A stretch of DNA of 24,813 nt. It comes from a virus (Duplodnaviria > Heunggongvirae > Uroviricota > Caudoviricetes). The notes below the pieces were generated by a model. It saw nothing but the letters and a program-made list of their open reading frames with translations, did no database searches and was not told where the DNA came from. Positions 7,412 to 18,653 of the stretch are shown here, in pieces. A program made the translations under genes and the position numbers. Positions within the stretch are counted from its first letter, which is position 1; each line of letters begins with the position of its first letter. The DNA lies in IMG/VR virus record IMGVR_UViG_2529292921_000026. The stretch is one strand, 5' to 3'.

Positions 7412-7609
7412 ATGCGGAAATCCGACGTGATTAATTATTTCGGCGGAGTTTGTAAAACCGCCGAAGCCCTAGGTATTAAGCATCCGTCTGTTTCAGAGTG
7501 GCCTGAGATTATTCCTGAAGGCCGAGCGTACCAGTTAGAAAAAATTACTAACGGGAAACTGAAAGTTGACGTGTCTTTATATCAAAAGACTAACAGTGCT
7601 GCGGCATAA
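7412..7609 (+). CDS. cro: Cro-like transcriptional regulator (P22 Cro family)
   Basis: 65-aa ORF (MRKSDVINYFGG...ALGIKHPSVSEWPEIIPEGRAYQLEKIT) resembles P22 Cro as I recall it. GGGAGA RBS upstream; divergent from the repressor across the operator region. Confidence 0.7.
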   Translation: MRKSDVINYFGGVCKTAEALGIKHPSVSEWPEIIPEGRAYQLEKITNGKLKVDVSLYQKTNSAAA

Positions 7610-7636
7610 AAACACCACAGAAATGAGGAATTAACC

Positions 7637-8221
7637 GTGGGTAAAGAACCTGAATGGAAAGTTGATAAACAACCAGCATGGCTGGTGGCAGCAATACGAA
7701 GAACGATTGCTGATTTACCTCATGGCTATGAGGAAGCAGCAGAAATTCTTGGTTTGTATAAATCTGATGATATCACCCCAGCAAAAGATCAATTGCATAA
7801 CAGACTGCGTAGCGGTGGGGATCAAATTTTTCCACTTGAGTGGGCCATGGTTTTACAGGATGCCAGTGGTACCAGGCATGTAACGGATGCGATAGCGCGT
7901 CGTAGTAATGGGGTGTTTGTGCCGCTGGTGGACATTGATGACATTGACAATGGTGACATTAATCAGCGGCTGATGGAGTCAATAGAATGGATTGGCAAGC
8001 ATTCCCAGTACTTACGCAAGGCAACTGCTGATGGAGTTATTGACCAGGCTGAGCGTGAGCAAATCGAAGAGAACAGCTACCAAGTAATGGCGAAGTGGCA
8101 GGAGCATTTAACACTGTTATTTCGTGTTTTTTGTGCACCGGAAAAGAGTAACGCCCGCGAGTGTGCAGCTCCGGGCGTCGTGGCGTCGATTGCTTCTGGT
8201 TGTGGAGAAACTAACGCATGA
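7637..8221 (+). CDS. phage CII-like regulatory protein (CP76-type), putative
   Basis: GTG start at 7637 has GAGG 8 nt upstream and follows cro by 27 bp. The 194-aa product has a central helix region. Family assignment is from position and weak recall only. Confidence 0.4.
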   Translation: MGKEPEWKVDKQPAWLVAAIRRTIADLPHGYEEAAEILGLYKSDDITPAKDQLHNRLRSGGDQIFPLEWAMVLQDASGTRHVTDAIARRSNGVFVPLVDIDDIDNGDINQRLMESIEWIGKHSQYLRKATADGVIDQAEREQIEENSYQVMAKWQEHLTLLFRVFCAPEKSNARECAAPGVVASIASGCGETNA

Positions 8222-8366
8222 ACAGTTTAACGGCAAATAACCGTTTGTCGCAACAGCTGGTGGTCAGCGTCGCTGAACACCTGTTGTTACGGCATGAATG
8301 CAGATTACCAAATCACCTGGCTGTAAGTAACCACAGAGAACTTTACCTGACTGTGGGGGGCGAGTT

Positions 8367-8546
8367 GTGCAGGAACTTAACCGCTGGTTTCGTGACGGAA
8401 GAGGGCTTTATGTCCATGTTATTCGTTGGGAGCCAGAAACACAGCGCGTTATCTATCTTCGCAAAGACTACCCGCATGAGTGCTTTAGTCCTTTGTGGAA
8501 ATTCAGGCGTGATTTTGTTGAGTGTGAAGGACCACCAGCACATTGA
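8367..8546 (+). CDS. candidate small protein (59 aa) in the cII-rha gap
   Basis: Frame-3 ORF with GTG at 8367 preceded by a GGGGGG run and a 6-nt spacer. Translation MQELNRWFRDGRGLYVHVIRWEPETQRVIYLRKDYPHECFSPLWKFRRDFVECEGPPAH has protein-like composition. It is below the ORF-track cutoff and competes with a frame-1 ORF. Confidence 0.3.
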   Translation: MQELNRWFRDGRGLYVHVIRWEPETQRVIYLRKDYPHECFSPLWKFRRDFVECEGPPAH

Positions 8547-8631
8547 TTCTGCCATTCCGGGACGTTACACTGTTCAGGCACCTTATAAAGCGGGTGCCGG
8601 GATTGGCGTCCTGAAATTGATTACTGAGCAT

Positions 8632-8653
8632 AACCGCGCTCATGCGGTTTTTT
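8632..8653 (+). terminator. weak terminator-like hairpin plus T-run (tR-like)
   Basis: AACCGC(8632-8637)-GCTCAT-GCGGTT(8644-8649) followed by TTTT (8650-8653), within the 600-bp stretch between the CII-like and Rha-like genes. Confidence 0.3.
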
Positions 8654-8823
8654 CGTGTCATGAGCATTGCTACGCCCAAATTATGGTGGGGCGTACAGGG
8701 CCGACTTCGGTCGGGCCGGGTTCGGTAGTCTCCGGTAACGCCAACCCTGTACGTCTCACCACCTCTGTGATTGGCGTCCCATGTGGTGAGTTTTCTGAAA
8801 AACTGACTACCGGGGCTGTCACC

Positions 8824-9381
8824 ATGACTACTCTCCCAACCCTCTCTCAACCTGAAATTGCCATCGTTGATGGTCAGGCTGTTACATCTTCTTTGGCTGT
8901 TGCTGACTTCTTCTCTAAACGTCATGACGATGTTCTGAAAAAGATCCGCATTTTGGATTGTTCTCCAGAGTTTTGTGCCCGCAATTTTGCGGAGACATCA
9001 ATTTTGGTACACCAGCCCAACGGCGGTACTCGCAAACTTCCTTGCTACCACATCACCCGTGACGGCTTCGCGTTCCTGGCAATGGGCTTCACTGGCAAAC
9101 GTGCTGCCCAGTTCAAAGAGGCATACATCAATGCCTTTAACCAGATGGAGAAACAGCTTTCAAAGCCCTCTGTACCGAGCGACGTTGCACATAACGCCAG
9201 CGTTCTCTATTCCTACATTTCATCAATTCATCAGGTCTGGTTGCAGCAGCTTTATCCCATGCTGGAAAAAGCTGAATCACCGCTGGCTGTAAGTCTGTAT
9301 GACCGAATTAACGATGCGGCATTTCTTGCCCGTCTTATTCATTCGTCGCTGAACTCTTCAGAGGTAAGGGGGCGCAAATGA
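8824..9381 (+). CDS. Rha-family phage regulatory protein
   Basis: N-terminal IAIVDGQAVTSSLAVADFFSKRHDDVLKKIR matches the Rha-domain signature (V-T-S-L-x-IAE-x-FGKRHxxVLRxI). ATG at 8824 has GGGG 8 nt upstream. The ORF track's 387-aa version adds a 200-aa upstream extension that I consider unlikely. Confidence 0.6.
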   Translation: MTTLPTLSQPEIAIVDGQAVTSSLAVADFFSKRHDDVLKKIRILDCSPEFCARNFAETSILVHQPNGGTRKLPCYHITRDGFAFLAMGFTGKRAAQFKEAYINAFNQMEKQLSKPSVPSDVAHNASVLYSYISSIHQVWLQQLYPMLEKAESPLAVSLYDRINDAAFLARLIHSSLNSSEVRGRK

Positions 9382-9602
9382 TCCGGAATATTTTCAAACG
9401 ATTTACCAATCAGACTTTCCGTTGTCCTCGCCCCGGTCAGTGGTACACCACGCCTGCAGGGCATGTTCTACGTGTTAGCCTGGTTGACCGTGAATGTCAG
9501 AAGGTGATTTGTGAACCGCTGGGCCGTAATTACCGCGTCAGTATGCCGCTTATAGCCTTTCGCTCCGGAAAAAACATGAAGCATCTCGGAGGTGCGGCAT
9601 GA
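9378..9602 (+). CDS. hypothetical small protein (74 aa)
   Basis: ATG at 9378 overlaps the Rha stop (ATGA) and its own stop overlaps the next start (ATGA). AAGGGGG RBS upstream. The tight coupling supports a real gene. Confidence 0.4.
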   Translation: MIRNIFKRFTNQTFRCPRPGQWYTTPAGHVLRVSLVDRECQKVICEPLGRNYRVSMPLIAFRSGKNMKHLGGAA

Positions 9603-10591
9603 GCCTGTTAATGACATCCCAGCCCATTGTGATAAATCGTGATCTTGCATGCCGTATTGGTCTGAATGAGGCAATTGTGTTGCAGCAGCTTCATTACTGG
9701 CTGAATGAAACGAATTCAGGCACTGAGCATGGCGGAATTCGCTGGGTTTATAACACGACAGAACAGTGGCTGGAGCAGTTTCCGTTCTGGTCAGAGTCCA
9801 CTCTGAAACGCACATTTGCAAGCCTGAAATCACTTGGGGTTTTGCGTCGCGAGCAACTCAATAAATCGAAGCGTGACATGACCAACTTCTACACGATCAA
9901 CTATGAAAGTGAGCTTTTAGAAGAGGTCAAAGTGAACGAATCAATCAGGTCAAAATGCACTTCTCCATCGGGTCAAAGTGACCTGATGGATGGGCGCAAA
10001 ATGACACGATCCATTGGTTCAAAACGACACGCTGTCATCGGGTCAAAATGGCCCAATGATCTTACAGAGAATACAACAGAGATTACTACAGAGAATAAAA
10101 CCTCTTCTCGTCCGGACGCTTCGCAACCGGACACGCAAACGGCTGAACAGGAGTTTTTAACTCGCCATCCTGATGCGGTTGTATTCAGCCCTAAAAAGCG
10201 CCAGTGGGGAACGCAGGATGATTTGACCTGCGCACAGTGGCTCTGGAAAAAAATCATCGCCCTGTACGAGCAGGCCGCCGAATGTGACGGCGAGGTGGTT
10301 CGTCCCAAAGAACCGAACTGGACAGCCTGGGCAAACGAAATTCGCCTGATGTGTGTGCAGGATGGTCGTACCCACAAACAAATCTGCGAGATGTACAGCC
10401 GCGTCAGCCGCGATCCGTTCTGGTGCCGTAACGTGCTCAGCCCGTCGAAGTTGCGGGAAAAATGGGATGAGCTTTCCCTGCGCTTATCGCCGTCCGTCAG
10501 CACGCACACAGAAAAACGTGAAGACCCGTACTTCAAAGCCAGTTACGACAACGTGGACTACAGCCAGATCCCGGCAGGATTCAGGGGGTGA
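9599..10591 (+). CDS. phage replication initiation protein (O-like/YfdO-like, iteron-binding)
   Basis: 330-aa ORF with GGAGGTG RBS, in the position of lambdoid O. Like lambda O, it contains an internal iteron array followed by an A-rich tract. Confidence 0.65.
   Translation: MSLLMTSQPIVINRDLACRIGLNEAIVLQQLHYWLNETNSGTEHGGIRWVYNTTEQWLEQFPFWSESTLKRTFASLKSLGVLRREQLNKSKRDMTNFYTINYESELLEEVKVNESIRSKCTSPSGQSDLMDGRKMTRSIGSKRHAVIGSKWPNDLTENTTEITTENKTSSRPDASQPDTQTAEQEFLTRHPDAVVFSPKKRQWGTQDDLTCAQWLWKKIIALYEQAAECDGEVVRPKEPNWTAWANEIRLMCVQDGRTHKQICEMYSRVSRDPFWCRNVLSPSKLREKWDELSLRLSPSVSTHTEKREDPYFKASYDNVDYSQIPAGFRG
9924..10100. repeat. putative origin of replication: six 14-bp iterons at 23-bp spacing plus an A-rich tract, inside the initiator gene
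   Basis: Copies of (G)GGTCAAARTGAC begin at 9924, 9947, 9970, 9993, 10016 and 10040. They are followed by ACAGAGAATACAACAGAGATTACTACAGAGAATAAAAC (10061-10100). Confidence 0.5.
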
Positions 10592-10593
10592 TC

Positions 10594-11081
10594 ATGAGTC
10601 TGTTAAATGACGTTCAGAAATTCATTGAAGCCCATCCGGGCTGTACTTCCGGAGACATTGCGGATGCTTTTGCAGGTTACTCACGGCAGCGCGTTCTGCA
10701 GTCAGCAAGCAAGTTACGTCAGAGTGGGCGTGTGGCTCACCGTTGTGAAGGAGATACACACAGACATTTCCCGCGCCTGACTGAGAGAGCGCAGGATCCG
10801 GAACTACAACCAGTTCGTGAAACCAGACCTGTGCGCAATTTCTATGTCGGCACTAACGACCCGCGGGTGATTTTGTGCCTGACCCGCCAGGCGGAAGAAC
10901 TGGAGTCCAGGGGCTTATACCGTCGTGCTGCAACGGTGTGGATGGCGGCATTCCGTGAAAGCCACTCCCAGCCAGAACGAAACAATTTTCTGGCGCGTCG
11001 TGAACGGTGTTTACGGAAAAGCAGTAAGCGGGCTGCATCAGGTGAAGAGTGGTATCTCTCAGGGAATTACGTGGGGGCTTA

Positions 11082-11082
<1 letters not shown>
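10594..11082 (+). CDS. PerC/ANR-like putative transcriptional regulator
   Basis: ATG at 10594 has GGGGG 5 nt upstream. The C-terminal motif LESRGLYRRAATVWMAAF...ERNNFLARRERC resembles the PerC-family signature as I recall it. Confidence 0.4.
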
Positions 11083-13537
<2,455 letters not shown>

Positions 13538-14092
13538 TCTTTTGCCCGTCCATATTCAACGGCTTCTTTGAGGAGTTCATTTTCCATCGTTTTCTTGCCG
13601 AGCAGGCGCTGGAGTTCTTTAATCTGCTTCATGGCGGCAGCAAGTTCAGAGGCAGGAACAACCTGTTCTCCGGCGGCCACAGCAGTAAGACTTCCTTCCT
13701 GGTATTGCTTACGCCAGAGAAATAACTGGCTGGCTGCTACACCATGTTGCCGGGCAACGAGGGAGACCGTCATCCCCGGTTCAAAGCTCTGCTGAACAAT
13801 TGCGATCTTTTCCTGTGTGGTACGCCGTCTACGTTTCTCCGGCCCTAAGACATCAATCATCTGTTCTCCAATGACTAGTCTAAAAACTAGTATTAAGACT
13901 ATCACTTAAATAAGTGATACTGGTTGTCTCGAGATTCAGGGGGCCAGTCTAGGTGTGAAAAGCAAGCGTGCGAACGGAAGTAGATGGCAATTCATTGCAT
14001 TACTTCAGAAAAACTTTTTCAGGAAACGAGCTAAGGGCGTCAACCAACGCCCTGTAGCATAAGCTCAGGCACCGGATGCCGTTTTACAGGCT

Positions 14093-14824
14093 TCACCTGC
14101 CATCCAGAAGATGTCCCGACCAACGACTGCAACCATAATTACGTTGACCTGAACCGTCATGCAGCTTCGTTTCATTTTTCACGAGATAACGGGCTCTCTC
14201 CAGGGCTTTCTGCATCGCTTCTACATCACCACGCTTGATCCAGAGAACAGCGGCTTCACCAGACTTTTTGTCTGAAGCCTTCCTGGTATCAGAACATCCA
14301 CCCGACAAAGGCGTGTCATCGGAAGAAGGGCGAGCATCAGACGATGCTGGTTTACGGGAAGGCGTCCACCTGGAAAAATGGACTAGGCCATCGCCTTGCC
14401 AGGGCTCAAGATGCAGGGCGCTGCACCATGCCTCCTGGATCATCGTCGCCAGCGAAGACGGTTCGCTGAAATCCCCGAGCGAGCACCAGGTATCTTTGTT
14501 GAGCAGTAATATTACGTGATAATGTTTCCTGCCATACATCTTGCCGAACTCCCGGCACCAGAAATAACCCAAGCTGGTTGCATGCACACGCTGATTGGCA
14601 CATCTTTTTTTCCGCTGGTAAGCCTGAATTTTGGCTTTCAGGGATGCAAAAAAACGAGAAATTACCGCTGAATCCGGATCGGGATCCATGATGGTGACAG
14701 GCATATACTCAGGGAAACGTAAATCCTCCCGGATTAACGAGACGGCACGGTGCTGCGACAGAGCACTGTCGAGAAGGCTGTCAAAACGGGATAACCAGTA
14801 AGCATTGTGTATTGGTTGATTCAT
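14093..14824 (-). CDS. inovirus Gp2-like protein (YfjJ/YagK family of CP4-type islands)
   Basis: 243-aa ORF (MNQPIHNAYWLSRFDSLLDSALSQHRAVS...). The N-terminus and context match the yfjJ/yagK family as I recall it. The start faces the AT-rich region. Confidence 0.5.
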   Translation of the reverse strand: MNQPIHNAYWLSRFDSLLDSALSQHRAVSLIREDLRFPEYMPVTIMDPDPDSAVISRFFASLKAKIQAYQRKKRCANQRVHATSLGYFWCREFGKMYGRKHYHVILLLNKDTWCSLGDFSEPSSLATMIQEAWCSALHLEPWQGDGLVHFSRWTPSRKPASSDARPSSDDTPLSGGCSDTRKASDKKSGEAAVLWIKRGDVEAMQKALERARYLVKNETKLHDGSGQRNYGCSRWSGHLLDGR

Positions 14825-16315
14825 GATGAGAGATCTCCGTTGATTTGGATTGACTTCACATCATTAATCACCGCGGTAAAACTTTACGGCATCCGGCATT
14901 GAGCAATGCTACAACTCTCTGATTAAGAGTGATTGAAACGGAACAAACCATCCCGGAACGAAAAGATAATCCTACACGCAGGGTAAAAACACTCAAGAAC
15001 AGCGAATGGATTTAAAAACGACATGGACAACGAGAAAAGTCAGAAGGGAAAAGGATCCACAGAACATTCGAACAAAACACCAGAAACGCAACCAGAACGC
15101 TTCCTGGTAATGCAAATCAACAACAACCCCAAAACCTACAGCTTAATCACACAACTCAATCACGGATGCGAATGACACGTTTAAAACCTGTTTACAGATA
15201 ACGCCGTTACACGATCATCCCCATCAGAATCGATTTTCCCTTCCGGAAAGCGTTATGTTTCACTACGCACCATAAAAACGATTAACCATCGATAACGTAA
15301 ACTTCATCTGAATCAAAACTCCAAAACCGTTCATCACACTTTCGCAATGCAAGAAGAAACCTCATGACGAAAGCAATAACCTTACACGGAAAAGAAAAAC
15401 GTCAGGAATCGTTAATGCCTCAATCTGATTGTTATCAAAACATCCAGAAAGTCGTTTAACAGAATCGTCGTAAGTATATCGAAAAGAACGTCAGATTACT
15501 TCAGGAAAGTTCGGGTTGATTTAGCGTAAAGATACTTTTCTCATGCCAACGTCGAAACTCGAAATCTCAGGAAAGGTTAAACGTAACATCAGTAAAATTG
15601 AATAGCAGATTGATTGCTGAAGCAGAAAGGTTTTACAGCAGCATTAAACTGATTTAGTTAACGTAAAGATTTACTAAACTGGATGTGTATAGCAATGCTT
15701 AACGAAAACACTCGTAGAAGTGTTTATGAAAATACGTGTATAACACTTACTGAAATGCTTAGTTAAATACGTGTATATAGTATCATACCGACATTAGCAA
15801 CATTCTCAGACACTCATGCAGACTGAATGTTGATTACCCGTTTTCACATCAGGCATGGTTCTTTACTGACCAAAAAACAAACTGGTTTACTCTTGAATTA
15901 TTTTCTCTACCTCAGAAAACATGGTCTCAGGAATCTGCTATGGTTTCATAGTTTCTGTTGTTTTTTCATAAAAGTTATAAGTCATTGTCATAATCATACG
16001 ATAATCACTTTATGTTAGTTTTTACTGTCACACGCTACTGACTTTTTCAGTCATTGCCAGAAAGGGGCTCTTTTTACTTCCATTTCACCACTCAACAAAT
16101 GCAAAACTTGTCCAGTAAAGCGGACCACCTCTTGCTCACAAGCAACGAATCATCTCCAGGAACAGCCCTCAAACATTGCAGAAACAAAAACAACAAAACC
16201 CTCATTATCACTGATGTTCGGAAAATTTCCCGGAACAAAAAAACGAAAACAAAATGAGACGCATTATCATTAATGTAGTCAAAAAGACGTTATGGTGGCT
16301 TTCAGTTAAATGGTA
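14825..16315. other. 1.5-kb AT-rich, A-biased region without convincing ORFs, containing short direct repeats
   Basis: No ORF of 60 aa or more on either strand across 14825-15826, and only two low-complexity ORFs after that. Direct repeats TGATTTAG..CGTAAAGAT (about 15517 and 15650) and AAATACGTGTATA (15730 and 15766), and a hairpin AAACACT-CGTAGA-AGTGTTT (15705-15724). Confidence 0.4.
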
Positions 16316-17446
16316 CTATTTCTCATAAATCCACTTAACTTTTTTTACTGATTCATCCCAGATAACCACTTTATCAGTAAAAAATGAATTATATAGATTG
16401 ACGAGTTTTTCTGTTTCAGTTATTCCCAATGTATTATGTATCAGTTGTAGATATGCTTTTATCCAGATTTCTTTACCCTCCCTCCACTTATCTATAAAAC
16501 TTTCCAGCTTACTTAATCGTTGATTTATAAAAAACGAATCAATATCATGAAAAAGCTCAACAAGAAAACAGCACGAGACAATCTCAACAAAAAACAAATT
16601 CTCCTTAAAAGTATTATAAAACCTTATCAACACATAACGAAAAACACCTCCTGTTAATCTTTCCTGTTCATAAAACAACAAACCAAAAACAGGAGGAAAT
16701 CTTTTAACCACACCACTTTTAATCCAGTAAGGATGATGATTAGTCTTTACTGGCAGTGAATAAAAGAACAATTCGGTTTCTCTTTTCCCACCACAAACAG
16801 ACAAAACTGTCTTATAAAGACTTTTTGAATCATTATGTCCTGATACCCCAGACGAATTAGCAGAGTATTTTCTTTTTACTTTTTGCCTTAATGGAGCTGG
16901 AAGAATAATAAAACGGGATGGCAGATAACAATCGCTTTCAGAAGACCGGCATTCGCACACATGAAGATTTATATTTACATCCGGACAATTCAAAAACCAC
17001 ACAGAATAATTATCGCACCGTTTGCAATATGAAACCCATGAATAAATTGCATAAAGTTCAGAAAGCGCATCTAACTCTGCTTTTGAATTAAATGTGATAC
17101 CGTTTCTTCGAATTCTCGTTTCCAGCGTTCTCCATGCCGGGGTTTTCAGTATCTCACGAACTTTTTTATTAAGTTCAGCCAGAGATGGTCCCTGCTCCTG
17201 TTTATGTTTCGTCCTGCTGTTAATGATTTCTCTTTCTTTTACTAATTTCCTCTTTCTTTTTGGGCCTTCTACCTTTCTTGGCAATGCTTCATTTAATCTG
17301 TGAACAGGATTTTGCTCTCTTCTTTTTTTGAGCTCACAAAACCTCTCATAATGTTTTCTGCACAGTCTTTTCTCCACTGCCATTTTTACTGAGAAAACCT
17401 GATTGTTACAATTTTTTCTGACACATTTGTTTTTACGTCCGGTCAT
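16316..17446 (-). CDS. uncharacterised 376-aa protein: Lys/Arg-rich N-terminus with Cys clusters (zinc-ribbon-like) and an aromatic-rich C-terminal domain
   Basis: ATG at 17446 has AGGAG 8 nt upstream. N-terminus has C-x4-C ... C-x2-H-x4-C (KCVRKNCNN...LCRKHYERFC), with a second cluster YCKRCDNYSVWFLNCPDVNINLHVCEC. Codon usage is AT-rich and foreign-looking. No family recognised. Confidence 0.5.
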   Translation of the reverse strand: MTGRKNKCVRKNCNNQVFSVKMAVEKRLCRKHYERFCELKKRREQNPVHRLNEALPRKVEGPKRKRKLVKEREIINSRTKHKQEQGPSLAELNKKVREILKTPAWRTLETRIRRNGITFNSKAELDALSELYAIYSWVSYCKRCDNYSVWFLNCPDVNINLHVCECRSSESDCYLPSRFIILPAPLRQKVKRKYSANSSGVSGHNDSKSLYKTVLSVCGGKRETELFFYSLPVKTNHHPYWIKSGVVKRFPPVFGLLFYEQERLTGGVFRYVLIRFYNTFKENLFFVEIVSCCFLVELFHDIDSFFINQRLSKLESFIDKWREGKEIWIKAYLQLIHNTLGITETEKLVNLYNSFFTDKVVIWDESVKKVKWIYEK

Positions 17447-17637
17447 CCTCTCATCTCCTGAAACAGCAGTATGTCATTAGTTCCCGTTCTGAAAAACTGA
17501 CGCCATACTCCATTACACTTTAACAATAATGTCCGTAATTCAGACATTCCATCATTTTTCACGCCCATATTACCTGAATGATAAACCGGATTAGTGTGAT
17601 CCGGTTCAGTGAAATCAACAGGATACCGGTATGTCAT
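17443..17637 (-). CDS. doubtful small ORF (64 aa) upstream of and coupled to the 376-aa gene
   Basis: ATG at 17637-17635 overlaps the GTPase start codon region on the opposite strand, and the stop overlaps the 376-aa start (ATGA). This stretch may instead be a divergent promoter region. Confidence 0.2.
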   Translation of the reverse strand: MTYRYPVDFTEPDHTNPVYHSGNMGVKNDGMSELRTLLLKCNGVWRQFFRTGTNDILLFQEMRG

Positions 17638-18515
17638 TCAGCCATTCTTCCCTCTCCGCACAAGTGAAATCATATCTGACGTTTCTTCCTGAAGAAATTC
17701 GTCAGAAAATTCTTGAACATCTCCACAGCGTTATTCATTACGAACCCGTGATTGGCATTATGGGTAAATCCGGCACCGGCAAAAGTAGCCTGTGTAATGC
17801 TATTTTTCAGTCCCATATCTGTGCCACGCATCCCCTGAACGGCTGCACCCGCCAGGCTCATCGTCTTACCCTGCAGATCGGTGAACGCAGAATGACGCTG
17901 GTCGATCTGCCCGGCATTGGAGAGACGCCGCAACATGATCAGGAATACCGGGCGCTTTACCGTCAGTTACTGCCGGAAGTGGATTTGATTATCTGGATCC
18001 TGCGGGCAGATGAACGCGCGTATGCCGCCGACATTACCATGCATCAGTTTTTACTGAATGAAGGCGCAGATCCCTCGCGTTTTCTGTTTGTTCTCAGCCA
18101 TGCCGATCGCGTGTTTCCTGCTGAAGAATGGAATGCCACAGAAAAATGCCCGTCCCGTCAGCAGGAACTCTCACTGGCGACGGTGACAGCCCGGGTGGCA
18201 ACCCTGTTCCCTTCATCATTTCCGGTACTCTCCGTTGCTGCACCTGTCGGCTGGAACCTTCCGGCGTTTGTGTCGCTGATGATCCACGCACTGCCACCAC
18301 AGGCAACCAGCGCGGTGTATTCACATATCCGGGGAGAAAACCGCTCTGAACAGGCCCAGAAACACGCACAACAGACTTTTGGTGAAACCATCGGGAAAAG
18401 TTTTGACGTCGCCGTTGCCCGTTTCAGTTTTCCGGCCTGGATGTTACAGCTTCTGCGTAAAGCCCGGGACCGCATTATCCACCTGCTGATCACACTGTGG
18501 GAGCGTCTGTTCTGA
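17631..18515 (+). CDS. YeeP/YfjP/YkfA-family GTPase (50S ribosome-binding GTPase-like)
   Basis: P-loop GIMGKSGTGKSS (G1) and DLPG (G3) are present. Overall the sequence matches the CP4-island GTPase family as I recall it. Confidence 0.8.
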   Translation: MSFSHSSLSAQVKSYLTFLPEEIRQKILEHLHSVIHYEPVIGIMGKSGTGKSSLCNAIFQSHICATHPLNGCTRQAHRLTLQIGERRMTLVDLPGIGETPQHDQEYRALYRQLLPEVDLIIWILRADERAYAADITMHQFLLNEGADPSRFLFVLSHADRVFPAEEWNATEKCPSRQQELSLATVTARVATLFPSSFPVLSVAAPVGWNLPAFVSLMIHALPPQATSAVYSHIRGENRSEQAQKHAQQTFGETIGKSFDVAVARFSFPAWMLQLLRKARDRIIHLLITLWERLF

Positions 18516-18530
18516 CACACTCACGCCGAC

Positions 18531-18653
18531 AGGATGTGTCGCTGGATTAACGAGCATTCTTCTTTTTATGAAATCATGCTTAAAAATCAGATAATTAAAA
18601 GAATATTTTTTCTGCTGCATTTTATTCCTGATTATCCGGATGCGACACATCCT
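18531..18653. promoter_or_regulatory. 12-bp perfect inverted repeats flanking an AT-rich spacer between the GTPase and WYL-regulator genes
   Basis: AGGATGTGTCGC (18531-18542) and GCGACACATCCT (18642-18653) are exact reverse complements; the right copy lies inside the palindrome GGATGcgacaCATCC. Confidence 0.3.

Noticed and set aside
8218-8823. Frame-1 ORF giving a 387-aa protein that adds a 200-aa N-terminal extension to the Rha-like gene
   Set aside because: The extension is low-complexity (Ser/Val/Gly-rich) and unlike any Rha N-terminus. The Rha domain normally sits at the N-terminus, and an ATG with a GGGG RBS exists at 8824. I kept it only as an alternative in the findings.
9973-10536. 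Minus-strand 187-aa ORF inside the replication initiator gene
   Set aside because: Antisense to a gene with strong positional and iteron support; the translation is Ser/Arg/Cys-rich.
13952-14092. Possible terminator hairpin AGGGCGT-CAACCA-ACGCCCT downstream of the yfjJ-like gene
   Set aside because: The stem is perfect but neither strand has a convincing U-tract after it, so I did not call a terminator.
15827-16257. Two small plus-strand ORFs (63 and 67 aa) in the AT-rich region
   Set aside because: Low-complexity translations (Leu/Phe/Lys-rich) in AT-rich DNA with no RBS. I treat them as chance ORFs, though the region as a whole is listed in the findings.
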